From assembly GCA_965200895.1 (NCBI GenBank), contig CBDAVM010000002.1:542315-606314 (forward strand): a DNA stretch of 64,000 nucleotides, in the 5' to 3' direction. This DNA is from Vicinamibacterales bacterium (GTDB taxonomy: Bacteria > Acidobacteriota > Vicinamibacteria > Vicinamibacterales > UBA8438). Positions 20,716 through 32,856 of the stretch are shown here, one piece after another (the first letter of the stretch is position 1; each line of letters starts with the position of its first letter). The position numbers and the translations under genes were made by a program. The notes under the pieces are model-generated. The model had not been told where the DNA came from. It searched no databases and worked only from the letters and a program-made list of their open reading frames with translations.

Positions 20716-21831
20716 ATGGCCCGCACTCCGGCCGATTCCCTGCAGACTACTCCGTTGCACGCCCGGCATCTCGCCCTGGGGGCGCGGATGACTCCCTTCG
20801 GGGGCTGGGACATGCCGGTCCGGTACAGCGGCATAGCCGAGGAGCACCAGGCGGTGCGGGCCGCGGCGGGGCTCTTCGACGTCAGCCACATGGGCGAAGT
20901 GGAGATCGCCGGCGACGATGCGCTCACCGCGGTGCAGCGTATCTCGTCGAACGACGCCCGCAAGCTCGTCCCGGGGCGCGCCCAGTATTCCGCGCTCACG
21001 ACACCGGAAGGCACGATCGTCGACGACCTGCTCGTCTACCAGCTCGCGGTCGGACACTACCTGCTGGTGATCAACGCCGCCAACATCGCGAAGGACGTGG
21101 CCTGGATCCGCAGGCAGATCGGAGGCGCAGGCGATGCGGCGGCAGTCGATGCGAGCAGCCGCTACGCGCTGCTCGCGCTGCAGGGACCGCGTGCTGCAAC
21201 GATCCTGCAGGCCCTTACGGCGGTGGAGGTGGAGGCCATCGAGTACTACGCGTTCGCGACCGGCGAAGTGGCGGGGGTTCGCGCCACGATCTCCCGGACC
21301 GGCTACACCGGCGAGGACGGCTTCGAGCTGTACGTGCCGCCGCGGCAGGCGGAGACGCTCTGGTCGGTCCTGCTCGACGCGGGGGCTGCGCACGGGCTGC
21401 GCCCGGTCGGGCTCGGCGCCCGCGACACGCTGCGGCTGGAGGCAGGACTGCGTCTGTACGGCGCCGACATGGACGAGACGACGACGCTGCTCGAGGCCGG
21501 GCTCGGCTGGACCATCGGATGGGACAAGGAGTCGTTCATCGGCCGCGAGGCGCTGCTCGCGCAGAAGCAGACCGGGCCGAGCCGCAGGCTGGTCGGCTTC
21601 GAGATGCTCGAGCGAGGGATTGCGAGGCATGACCATGCGGTCTATGCCGGCGCCGACCGCGTCGGCCGCGTCACCAGCGGCACCCTGACGCCGTATCTGA
21701 AGAAGTCCATCGGCATGGCGTACGTCCCCGTCGAGTTGGCGGCGCGGGACACGGAGCTCTCCATCGACGTCCGCGGCCGGCGCCTGCGTGCGCGGGTTGT
21801 GCGGATGCCGTTCTACAGGCGCCCGAGGTAG
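20716..21831 (+). CDS. gcvT: Glycine cleavage system T protein
   Basis: FGGWDMPVRY, FDVSHMG, RTGYTGEDGFE and GLGARDTLRLEA motifs. Confidence 0.96.
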   Translation: MARTPADSLQTTPLHARHLALGARMTPFGGWDMPVRYSGIAEEHQAVRAAAGLFDVSHMGEVEIAGDDALTAVQRISSNDARKLVPGRAQYSALTTPEGTIVDDLLVYQLAVGHYLLVINAANIAKDVAWIRRQIGGAGDAAAVDASSRYALLALQGPRAATILQALTAVEVEAIEYYAFATGEVAGVRATISRTGYTGEDGFELYVPPRQAETLWSVLLDAGAAHGLRPVGLGARDTLRLEAGLRLYGADMDETTTLLEAGLGWTIGWDKESFIGREALLAQKQTGPSRRLVGFEMLERGIARHDHAVYAGADRVGRVTSGTLTPYLKKSIGMAYVPVELAARDTELSIDVRGRRLRARVVRMPFYRRPR

Positions 21832-21836
21832 GCGAG

Positions 21837-22217
21837 ATGTATCCGCAGGAACTGAAGTATACGAAGGACCACGAGTGGATCCGGGTGGAGGATGGCCGCG
21901 CCCGCGTCGGCGTTACCGAGTATGCGCAGGAGCAGCTCGGCGACGTCGTCTACGTGGAGTTGCCGGAGGTGGGCAGCGCCTTCGAGCAGGGCGAGCAGTT
22001 CGGATCCATCGAGTCGGTCAAGGCCGTATCGGATCTCTACTGTCCCGTCAGCGGTACGGTGGTCGAGGTCAACGCGGCGCTGGCGGATATCCCGGAGGCC
22101 GTCAACCAGGATCCGCATGCGACCTGGATGATCGTGCTGGACCTGCAGAATCCCGACGACGTCGGCGCGCTGCTGGATGCGGCCGCCTACGGCGAGCTCG
22201 TGGGCGGGGCCGGTTGA
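21837..22217 (+). CDS. gcvH: Glycine cleavage system H protein
   Basis: YTKDHEW, AQEQLGDVVYV and ESVKA (lipoyl Lys). Confidence 0.96.
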   Translation: MYPQELKYTKDHEWIRVEDGRARVGVTEYAQEQLGDVVYVELPEVGSAFEQGEQFGSIESVKAVSDLYCPVSGTVVEVNAALADIPEAVNQDPHATWMIVLDLQNPDDVGALLDAAAYGELVGGAG

Positions 22218-22223
22218 GCCCGC

Positions 22224-25124
<2,901 letters not shown>

Positions 25125-25301
25125 TGGCTCCCGTTGCCAGCGGTCCGCCCCGCCGGTCGAGTCGGCTGTAGTCGACGAGATCGCTGCGGGGGGCTGACGA
25201 TCGTGAAGACAGGACGGAGTTGGAGTCCTTGTCGGTGCAGAGCCGGCGTACGGTGAAGCAATGAGAGTGGCGCGCTGGGCGACCTGCAGTGCAGTGGCGG
25301 G

Positions 25302-25326
25302 CGGCGCGGCTGTCGCAGCCGCGCCG
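25302..25326. terminator. Hairpin between convergent gcvP and MBL-fold gene
   Basis: CGGCGCGGCTG-TCG-CAGCCGCGCCG perfect 11-bp stem; no clear U-tract. Confidence 0.45.
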
Positions 25327-25339
25327 TTCTCGGCCGGAC

Positions 25340-26260
25340 TCAGTTCCCTTCGAGCTCGTCGACGATCACCTGGACGCTGTTCCTCAGGCCGGCCGGGGCG
25401 GGGGCGCGATATCCCTCGTAGCCGTTCGGCATCGTCCACGCCGCCGCGATCTCGTCCACGCTGTGGCCCGCGCCGTGCCCGGCGCGCACCGCGGCCAGGA
25501 AGTCGCGGTTGAACGCTGCGTACTCGTGCAGGTCCGCCCACGTCATCTGCGTGCTGTGCCCGGTGATGATGGTGTCGACGCCCGGAATGTTGTCGTGCGC
25601 CTTCTGCAGGCTGTCCGGAATGTCGACGCCGCTGCCGCCGTTGTTGGCGTCAAGGAAGGGCAGGTTCTTGCCCGGGAAGATGTCGCCGGAATGCAGCGTT
25701 CCCAGAGCCGGGAAGACGATCCAGGCGTCGCCGCCGGTGTGCCCGCGACCGAAATGGTAGAGGTCGACCCGGTCGTCGTCGACGCCTATCGACATGCGTT
25801 CCGAGAAGGTCTGCGTCGGCAGCCCGCGGCCCATCGAGTCGGCGAAGACGTTGGCAGGCGGCTCGGTCCGGCCGCTGTAGGCCCGCATCACCTGCATGTT
25901 CGCCGCCGTGACCTCGTGCGTCACGATGTCGACGTTGGCGGGGAACGCGACGTTGCCGCTCACGTGGTCGTGGTGGCTGTGCGTGTTGATGAGCGTGGTC
26001 ACCGGGTTGGCCGTGATCTCGGCGATCGCGTCCAGGATCGACTGGCCCCAGCCGGGGTTCTTGGAGTCGACGACGACGACCCCGTCGCTGGTTACGAAGA
26101 CTGCCGTGTTGCCGCCCCCGCCCTGTCCGCGGAGGACGTACAGGTTGTCCTCGAGTTGTTCGACCTCGATGATCATCGGCGCGTCCTGCGCGGCGACGAT
26201 CGCCAGCGAGAGCGCGCCGAGGCCGACGGTGGCGGCCAGAACGATGGTGCGTCGTGTCAT
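25340..26260 (-). CDS. Secreted MBL-fold metallo-hydrolase (paralogue 1)
   Basis: Signal peptide ending AAQ; THSHHDH, GHTGGD, HSGD and TGH motifs. Confidence 0.88.
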   Translation of the reverse strand: MTRRTIVLAATVGLGALSLAIVAAQDAPMIIEVEQLEDNLYVLRGQGGGGNTAVFVTSDGVVVVDSKNPGWGQSILDAIAEITANPVTTLINTHSHHDHVSGNVAFPANVDIVTHEVTAANMQVMRAYSGRTEPPANVFADSMGRGLPTQTFSERMSIGVDDDRVDLYHFGRGHTGGDAWIVFPALGTLHSGDIFPGKNLPFLDANNGGSGVDIPDSLQKAHDNIPGVDTIITGHSTQMTWADLHEYAAFNRDFLAAVRAGHGAGHSVDEIAAAWTMPNGYEGYRAPAPAGLRNSVQVIVDELEGN

Positions 26261-26334
26261 GACGTTACTCTCCCTCCTGTGCGTGATGCGCGGTCCGGGC
26301 GACCCGAGCTGTCCGGACGCCGCGTGCGCCGTCC

Positions 26335-26429
26335 CTGCCGTTCGTCTCGATGCGGGCGTGCGACCACAGGTGCGTCGCGAGGGCACCCGCCCACTGCCGG
26401 GGCGTTCTGCCGTTCGTCTCGGTGCGGGC
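26335..26429. repeat. Two 23-bp direct repeats with a 72-bp period
   Basis: CTGCCGTTCGTCTCG(A/G)TGCGGGC at 26335-26357 and 26407-26429. Confidence 0.7.
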
Positions 26430-26567
26430 CCGCCGCCGGCCGGTCCTGCCGGCGGGTGTGTGACAGGGCACGCCGGAGAGTCTATCCGGTGGGGCGCTGT
26501 CGTGGCGCGGCGCCGGCGGCAGATGTCCGCCGTCCACGGCCGGTCGGTCCTGCCGCTACAATGAACC

Positions 26568-27008
26568 GTGGCCGCGCGACACGGAGACTGGCTGCGTCAG
26601 GCCGGCGCCGATCTCCGGCACGCCCGGCGCGCCCGCGAGGACGGCGCGCACGAATGGGCCTGCTTCGCGGCGCAGCAGGCCGCCGAGAAGGCGCTGAAGG
26701 CGGTCCTGCTGCAGCGCGGCGCCGAGGCATGGGGCCATACCGTGACCGCGCTGCTGGGCGCGGTCGCGCCGGAGGACGTGATCGGCGTGGAACTGATGGA
26801 CTGCGCCAGGACGCTCGACAAGCACTACATTCCGACGCGGTATCCCAATGGATTCGACAGCGGCGCGCCGGTGGACTTCTACATGCGGAAGGATTCCGAC
26901 GACGCCATCGCGTGCGCCGGGAAGATCCTCGACGTCGCTCGTCATCATACCGAACAACCAGACGGCGGTCCGGGGGGCGGTCCTCCGGTGGGCGCGCCGG
27001 ATAGCTGA
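26568..27008 (+). CDS. HEPN domain protein
   Basis: WLRQA..DL, ACFAAQQAAEKALKA, WGH and LDKHYIPTRYP motifs. Confidence 0.88.
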   Translation: MAARHGDWLRQAGADLRHARRAREDGAHEWACFAAQQAAEKALKAVLLQRGAEAWGHTVTALLGAVAPEDVIGVELMDCARTLDKHYIPTRYPNGFDSGAPVDFYMRKDSDDAIACAGKILDVARHHTEQPDGGPGGGPPVGAPDS

Positions 27009-27279
27009 CCGCCGGCCCGAGGTGCGCCGCATCGCCTGGTTCGGCTCGCGCGTCAACGGGACGCCGTCGCCGGGAAGCGACGTGGACGTCTGTATCGTGC
27101 TGGCGCGCTCCGACAAGCCGTTCCGTGAGCGGATCGGCGACTACCTGGATCTGCCGGACGGTTTCCCGGTGGGCCTGGATCTCTTTCCCTACACGCTGGT
27201 CGAGCTCGAACGGCTGCAGTCGGAACAGCCGGCGTGGCATCGCGCGCTCACCTCCGGCGTGGACCTGCTGGTGCGCTGA
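26914..27279 (+). CDS. Minimal nucleotidyltransferase (MNT), start uncertain
   Basis: WFGSRVNGTPSPGSDVDV (GS..DxD) and DLFPYT motifs; overlaps the HEPN gene; no clear start codon. Confidence 0.75.
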   Translation, partial: APGRSSTSLVIIPNNQTAVRGAVLRWARRIADRRPEVRRIAWFGSRVNGTPSPGSDVDVCIVLARSDKPFRERIGDYLDLPDGFPVGLDLFPYTLVELERLQSEQPAWHRALTSGVDLLVR

Positions 27280-27309
27280 GTCTGCCCGTTCCCGGGGCCG
27301 GTGACCAAA

Positions 27310-27339
27310 TTGACACTCGTCGGACGTTCCCCGGATACT
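27310..27339 (+). promoter_or_regulatory. Putative sigma70 promoter of triad 1
   Basis: TTGACA-N18-GATACT just upstream of ATG 27345/27360. Confidence 0.45.
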
Positions 27340-27344
27340 ACGGA

Positions 27345-29846
27345 ATGTCGCACCGGGCCATGCCCACACACCGAACGCGGACTCCGGTTGTCCGTCGCGT
27401 CGCACCACTGCTGTGCGGCGCCCTGGCCGCGTTGGTCATCGCGTCGGCGCCGGTTCGGGCGTCGGGACCGGCGGCGTCGGGTTCTGTGCCCGTCGCGCGG
27501 CGGCAGGGCGCGCTCGCCGCCGGCTGGCAGCGGGCGCTGCTCGACCGCTACTGCGTCGCCTGCCACAACGACCGCCTGCGCACCGCCGACCTCGCGCTCG
27601 ACACATACGACGTGACCCGGATCGCCGCCGCGCCGGAGGTCTGGGAGACGGTGGTCCGCAAGTTGCGCGCTGGGGCGATGCCGCCGGCGCCGCGCCCGCG
27701 GCCGGATGCGGCGACCTACGACCGGTTCGTCGGCTGGCTGGAGACCGAGCTGGACCGAGCCGCGGCCGCCGATCCGAACCCGGGACGGACCGAGGCTTTC
27801 CACCGGTTGAACCGCACCGAGTACCACCACGCGGTGCGCGATCTGCTGGATCTGGAGATCGACGTCGCGGAGCTCCTCCCGGCTGACGGCGCCAGCTACG
27901 GCTTCGACAACATCGCCGGGGTGCTCGGCGTCTCGCCGACGCTGCTGGAGCGTTATCTGGCCGCCGCGCGCAGGATCAGCCGCGTGGCGGTGGGACGGCC
28001 GCCGCCCTCGGCGACCGCCGAGGTCTTCCGTCTCGCCAGCGACCTGCCGCAGGACGACCAGGTGGCCGGGATGCCGTTCGGCACCCGCGGCGGCGGCGCG
28101 TTCCGCCACACCTTTCCGCAGGATGCCGACTACGAGGTCCGCATCCGGCTGGCCCGCAACGCCGGGGACAACCTGGCCGTCTTCGAAGTTCCGCACACGC
28201 TGGAGGTGAGCCTGGACGGCGCGCTGGTCCGGACGTTTACCGTCGGCGGTCCGCCGCCCGCGGACGCGCCGCGCGACAGTGACGACTACCGCGCGTGGCG
28301 GGCCCGGCAGCAGACCATCGACCGCAACTGGGCGTTCCGCCTCCCGGTCACGGCGGGACCGCACGACCTGCGGGCGACGTTCGTGCGGAAGACCGCGGCC
28401 TACCCGGAGAGCCTGCGCCAGCCGTACCGGCGGCCCTACACCAGCATCACCGGCGGCGACACCCGGGTGCAGCCGTATCTGGGAAGCGTCACCGTCACCG
28501 GGCCGTTCGCCGCCGCCGGCGGGCCGCCGGTGGAGGAGACTCCGAGCCGCCGGCGCATCTTCGTCTGCCGTCCCGACAGCGCGGCGGGGGGGGAGCGGTC
28601 CGCGTGCGCACACCGGATCCTCTCGAACCTCGCGCGCCGCGCGTGGCGCCGGCCGGTGACCGGCAGCGACCTTGATGTGCTCCTGGGATTCTTCGACGAG
28701 GGACGCCGCGAGGCGGGCTTCGACGCCGGCATCGAGATGGCCCTGCGCTGGCTCCTTGCCAGCCCGGAGTTCGTGCTCCGGGTCGAGCGGGACCCCGTCG
28801 GCGCGGCGCCCGGGATCCCTTATGCGATCAGCGACCTGGAGCTGGCGTCGCGGCTGTCGTTCTTCCTGTGGAGCAGCATCCCGGACGACGAGCTGCTCGA
28901 CCTCGCCGCCGCCCGCCGGCTGCGCGATCCGGCCGTGCGGGAGCAGCAGGTACGCCGGATGCTGGCTGACGAGCGCGCGCGGGCGCTCGTCACGAGCTTC
29001 GCGAGCCAGTGGCTGTATCTGCGGAACGTACCGGCCGTCGTCCCGGACGAGGATCGCTTTCCCGATGTCGGCGAGGGACTGCGGCAGGCGATGCGGCGCG
29101 AGACCGAGCTCTTCGTCGAGAGTGTCTTTCGCGAAGACCGCAGCGTGCTCGATCTGCTGACCGCCGACTACACGTTCGTGAACGAGCGGCTCGCGCGCCA
29201 CTACGACATGCCGGGCGTCTACGGCAGCCACTTCCGGCGGGTTCCCGTGACCCACGCGGCGCGGCGCGGCCTGCTGGGCCACGCCGGCATCCTCGCCGTG
29301 ACGTCGTATCCCAACCGCACGTCGCCGGTGCTGCGCGGCAAGTGGGTGCTGGAGAACCTGCTGGGGACGCCGCCCGCGCTGCCGCCGCCGGACGTGCCGG
29401 CGCTGGAGGAGACCACGGCCGGCGGAGAGACGCTCTCGATGCGCGAGGCCACCGAGCGCCACCGGGCGAACCCGGTCTGCGCGAGCTGCCACCGGCTGAT
29501 GGACCCGCCGGGATTCGCGCTGGAGCAGTTCGATGCGGTCGGTCGTTTCCGCACCCGAACCGCCGCGAACACGCCGATAGACGCCTCGGGCGAGTTGCCC
29601 GACGGCACCCGTTTCGACGGCGCAGCGGGATTGCGCGAGGCGTTGGTGCGCAGGCCGGAGCGCTTCGTCGGCACGCTGACCGAGAAGCTGCTGACCTACG
29701 CGCTCGGGCGTGGCCTGCAGCACCACGACGCGCCGGCGGTCCGCGCCATCGTGCGGGACGCCGCGGAGAACGACTACCGGTTCTCGTCGCTCGTCGTCGG
29801 TATCGTCGAGAGCATGCCGTTCAGGATGCGGAGAGCGGGACCCTGA
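27345..29846 (+). CDS. DUF1592/1588/1587/1585/1595 (PSD/PSCyt) diheme cytochrome c protein, copy 1
   Basis: Signal peptide; CVACH and CASCH; HRLNRTEY, GFDN, ELASRLSFFLWSS, TSPVLRGKW and LLTYALGR motifs. Confidence 0.88.
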   Translation: MSHRAMPTHRTRTPVVRRVAPLLCGALAALVIASAPVRASGPAASGSVPVARRQGALAAGWQRALLDRYCVACHNDRLRTADLALDTYDVTRIAAAPEVWETVVRKLRAGAMPPAPRPRPDAATYDRFVGWLETELDRAAAADPNPGRTEAFHRLNRTEYHHAVRDLLDLEIDVAELLPADGASYGFDNIAGVLGVSPTLLERYLAAARRISRVAVGRPPPSATAEVFRLASDLPQDDQVAGMPFGTRGGGAFRHTFPQDADYEVRIRLARNAGDNLAVFEVPHTLEVSLDGALVRTFTVGGPPPADAPRDSDDYRAWRARQQTIDRNWAFRLPVTAGPHDLRATFVRKTAAYPESLRQPYRRPYTSITGGDTRVQPYLGSVTVTGPFAAAGGPPVEETPSRRRIFVCRPDSAAGGERSACAHRILSNLARRAWRRPVTGSDLDVLLGFFDEGRREAGFDAGIEMALRWLLASPEFVLRVERDPVGAAPGIPYAISDLELASRLSFFLWSSIPDDELLDLAAARRLRDPAVREQQVRRMLADERARALVTSFASQWLYLRNVPAVVPDEDRFPDVGEGLRQAMRRETELFVESVFREDRSVLDLLTADYTFVNERLARHYDMPGVYGSHFRRVPVTHAARRGLLGHAGILAVTSYPNRTSPVLRGKWVLENLLGTPPALPPPDVPALEETTAGGETLSMREATERHRANPVCASCHRLMDPPGFALEQFDAVGRFRTRTAANTPIDASGELPDGTRFDGAAGLREALVRRPERFVGTLTEKLLTYALGRGLQHHDAPAVRAIVRDAAENDYRFSSLVVGIVESMPFRMRRAGP

Positions 29847-29909
29847 TCGTCCTTTCTTCGCCGGTTGTCGGGGACCTGCCGTTCAGATGAGGAGAGCGGG
29901 ATCATGATC
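29815..29909 (+). repeat. Imperfect duplication of the DUF1592 3' end
   Basis: TGCCGTTCAGGATGCGGAGAGCGGGACCCTGATC (29815-29848) versus TGCCGTTCAG-ATGAGGAGAGCGGGATCATGATC (29877-29909). Confidence 0.7.
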
Positions 29910-31259
29910 ATCACCAGGAAGACGCTGCCGCGGCGCACGTTCCTCCGCGGGGTGGGCGCGGCGCTGGCGCTGCCGATGCTGGATGCGATGACCCCGGCAC
30001 TGTCCGGGTTCGGTGCAGTGCGTGCCGCCGAACCCGTGCGCCGGCTGGGCTGGGTCTACCTGCCGAACGGCATGGCGATGGAGTCGTGGACTCCGGCGGC
30101 GAAGACGGCGCTGGAGCTGTCGCCGACGCTCGGCCCGCTTGATGCGTTCCGCGACCGGATGGTCGTGCTCAGCGGACTCGCCCAGGGGCAGGCCGAGGCG
30201 CTCGGCGACGGCAACGGCGAGCACACCCGGGCGACCGCGACGTGGCTGAACGGCGTCCACCCGAAGGAGACCGAGGGGGCCGACGTGCGGGCCGGCATGA
30301 CCGCCGACCAGATTGCGGCGGCGCAGCTCGGCCGGACCACACCGCTGCCGTCGCTGGAGCTGGCCATCGACCGCGACTTCCTGGTCGGCAACTGCGAGAA
30401 CGGCTATTCCTGCATCTACATGAACACCATCGCGTGGCGCGACCCGACGACGCCGCTGCCGATGGAGAACAACCCCCGCGTCGTCTTCGAGCGTCTCTTC
30501 GGCGAGGGCGGCTCGACGACCGACCGGCGGGCCGAGTTCCGTCGCGACCGCAGCATCCTCGACGCCATCGCCGACGACCTCGCCCGGCTGCGGCGCGAGG
30601 TCGGCGCGGGCGATCGCGCCCGCGTGACGCAGTACCTCGACGCGGTGCGCGCCATCGAGCGGCGCATCCAGCTCTCCGAGCAGAGCGACACCGAGCTGCC
30701 GGCCCTCGCCCGGCCCGTCGGCATCCCCGAGTCCTATGCCGAGCACGTCGAATTGATGTTCGACCTGACGGCCCTGGCCTGGCAGGCGGACATCACGCGG
30801 GTCTTCACCTTCATGCTCGGTCGTGAACTCAACGGCCGCGCCTACCCCGAGATCGGCATCCCGGAGTCGCACCACGGGATCTCGCATCACCGCTACGATC
30901 CGCTGAAGCTGGCCCAGCTTGCGAAGATCAACACCTATCACGTGACGCTGTTCCGCCGTTTCCTCGAGACGCTGGCGGCGACGCCGGACGGCGACGGCTC
31001 GCTGCTCGACCACGCGCTGCTGCTCTACGGCGCCTCGCTCAGCGACAGCAACAAGCACCTGCACTACGACCTGCCGCTGATGCTGGTCGGCGGCAGCGGC
31101 GGACACCTGCAGGGGGGGCGCCACCTGCAGTACCCGCGGGACACCCCGATGACCAACCTGCTGGTCAGCCAGCTCGACAAGGCCGGCGTGCGGCTCGACG
31201 ACGGCCTCGGCGACAGCACCGGGCGGCTGAAGGAGCTGGCGCCGCTGGCGGGCGTGTAG
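29904..31259 (+). CDS. DUF1552 (HxxSHH) Tat-exported protein, copy 1
   Basis: PRRTFLRG twin-arginine motif; YLPNG, CENGYSC, NPRVVFERLFG, HHGISHH and DGSLLD motifs. Confidence 0.88.
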   Translation: MIITRKTLPRRTFLRGVGAALALPMLDAMTPALSGFGAVRAAEPVRRLGWVYLPNGMAMESWTPAAKTALELSPTLGPLDAFRDRMVVLSGLAQGQAEALGDGNGEHTRATATWLNGVHPKETEGADVRAGMTADQIAAAQLGRTTPLPSLELAIDRDFLVGNCENGYSCIYMNTIAWRDPTTPLPMENNPRVVFERLFGEGGSTTDRRAEFRRDRSILDAIADDLARLRREVGAGDRARVTQYLDAVRAIERRIQLSEQSDTELPALARPVGIPESYAEHVELMFDLTALAWQADITRVFTFMLGRELNGRAYPEIGIPESHHGISHHRYDPLKLAQLAKINTYHVTLFRRFLETLAATPDGDGSLLDHALLLYGASLSDSNKHLHYDLPLMLVGGSGGHLQGGRHLQYPRDTPMTNLLVSQLDKAGVRLDDGLGDSTGRLKELAPLAGV

Positions 31260-31403
31260 GATACGTCGGCTGTCGTGGCAAGTGGGCACGGTTCACACGC
31301 CGCCAGGATTTTCGGCGCCGCCATGGCGTTGTTGGGAGCCGACAGCCGGGGAAGTCAGCAGGAAGGACGTTCGGAATCAATGCTGTCGTAGTGTGGCAAA
31401 TGC

Positions 31404-32756
31404 ATGATGCATGACCGGCTGCCGGCGGACCGGGCGCGGAGTTTCCTCGGTGCGGTGGTGTTCCTGTCGGCGTGGGTTGCGGTGGCGGTCGCGCAGCCGG
31501 CCGACGATGCGGCGCCGCTGCACCGGGCCGCGCACGCGGGCGAAGCCGTGGAAGTGGCGCGGCTGCTCGACGGCGGCGCCGATCCCGATGCGACGACCCG
31601 CCTCGGCGTGACGCCGCTGGCGCTGGCCGCGGGCGGCGGACATGCGGCGGCCGTGGAGGTGCTGCTTACCGCCGGGGCGGACCCGAACCGGGCCTCGCCA
31701 CAGGGCGAGACGCCGCTGATGATCGCCGCGCGAACCGGCGTCGTCGACAGCGTCGGGGCCCTGCTGCGGCGCGGCGCCCGCGTCGACGCGCGGGAGGGGT
31801 GGCGCGGCCAGACGGCGTTGATGTGGGCCGCGGCCGAGGGCCACCCGGCGGTCTTCGCGCCCCTGGTGGCGTCGGGAGCGGACGTCGATGCGCGTTCCGA
31901 CGGCGGTTTCACACCGCTCGCGTTCGCGGTCCGCGCGGGCCACGGCGATGCCGTCGAGGCGCTGGTGGCCGCCGGTGCGGATGTGGACCGCACGTTGCCG
32001 GACGGCACCAGCCCGCTGCACCTGGCGGTGATCAACGCGAACTACGACGTGGCGCTGCAGCTTCTGGCGCACGGCGCCGATCCGACCGCGGCCGAGCCGG
32101 GCTGGACGCCGCTGCACCAGCTCGTCTGGACCCGCCGCCCGAACCGGCACTACAACAATCCGGCCGCGTTCCCGACGGGAACCGTCTCCGACCTGGAGCT
32201 GGCCCGCGCGCTCGTTGCCCACGGGGCCGACGTGAACGCCCGCCAGACGGCGGAGCCGCGCGACGGCTACCGCAACATGCTGAACCGCAGCGGCGCAACA
32301 CCGTTCCTGCTCGCCGCCAAGGCCGTCGATCTGGAGATGATGCATCTGCTGCTCGAACTCGGCGCCGACCCGCTGCTGGCGAACGAGGACGGCACCACCG
32401 CGCTGCTCGTGGCGGCCGGCGTCGGCATCTGGTCGGCGAGCGAGAGCCCCGGCAGCGCCGCCGAGGCGCTCGATGCCGTGAAGCTGATGATCGAACTCGG
32501 CGATCCGATCTCCACCGTCGACGACAACGGGGACGCGGCGCTGCACGGCGCCGTGATGCGCGGCTCGCCGGAGCTGGTCCTCTACCTGCTGGAGCAGGGC
32601 GCGGCGCTGAACCCGGTCAACGAGCGCGGCTGGACGCCCCTGACCATCGCCCAGGGCATCTTCTACGCCAACCTCGGGCGGCGCTGGCCGGACATGGAGG
32701 CGTTGCTGCGGGAACTGGGCGCGACCTCGCCGACGGCTCCCGAGCCTCCGCGGTAG
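31404..32756 (+). CDS. Secreted ankyrin-repeat protein, copy 1
   Basis: Signal peptide (AVAVAQ); many G-x-TPL/TAL...GAD ankyrin units. Confidence 0.9.
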   Translation: MMHDRLPADRARSFLGAVVFLSAWVAVAVAQPADDAAPLHRAAHAGEAVEVARLLDGGADPDATTRLGVTPLALAAGGGHAAAVEVLLTAGADPNRASPQGETPLMIAARTGVVDSVGALLRRGARVDAREGWRGQTALMWAAAEGHPAVFAPLVASGADVDARSDGGFTPLAFAVRAGHGDAVEALVAAGADVDRTLPDGTSPLHLAVINANYDVALQLLAHGADPTAAEPGWTPLHQLVWTRRPNRHYNNPAAFPTGTVSDLELARALVAHGADVNARQTAEPRDGYRNMLNRSGATPFLLAAKAVDLEMMHLLLELGADPLLANEDGTTALLVAAGVGIWSASESPGSAAEALDAVKLMIELGDPISTVDDNGDAALHGAVMRGSPELVLYLLEQGAALNPVNERGWTPLTIAQGIFYANLGRRWPDMEALLRELGATSPTAPEPPR

Positions 32757-32856
32757 CCCGGGCCCGTTCCGGCAGATGCCGACGTTCCGTGTCGGGTCGC
32801 GATCGGCCCGCATGGCCATCTTCGCATGATTGGCCGTGCTACGCTCATCGGAACGC

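Noticed and set aside
25125-25300. Possible small RNA or gene remnant after gcvP
   Set aside because: No recognisable family, credible ORF or convincing structure.
31404-32756. Ankyrin proteins as evidence of host-symbiont effectors
   Set aside because: Their fixed position after DUF1552 in both copies is better explained by a role in the triad; lifestyle cannot be inferred from this window.
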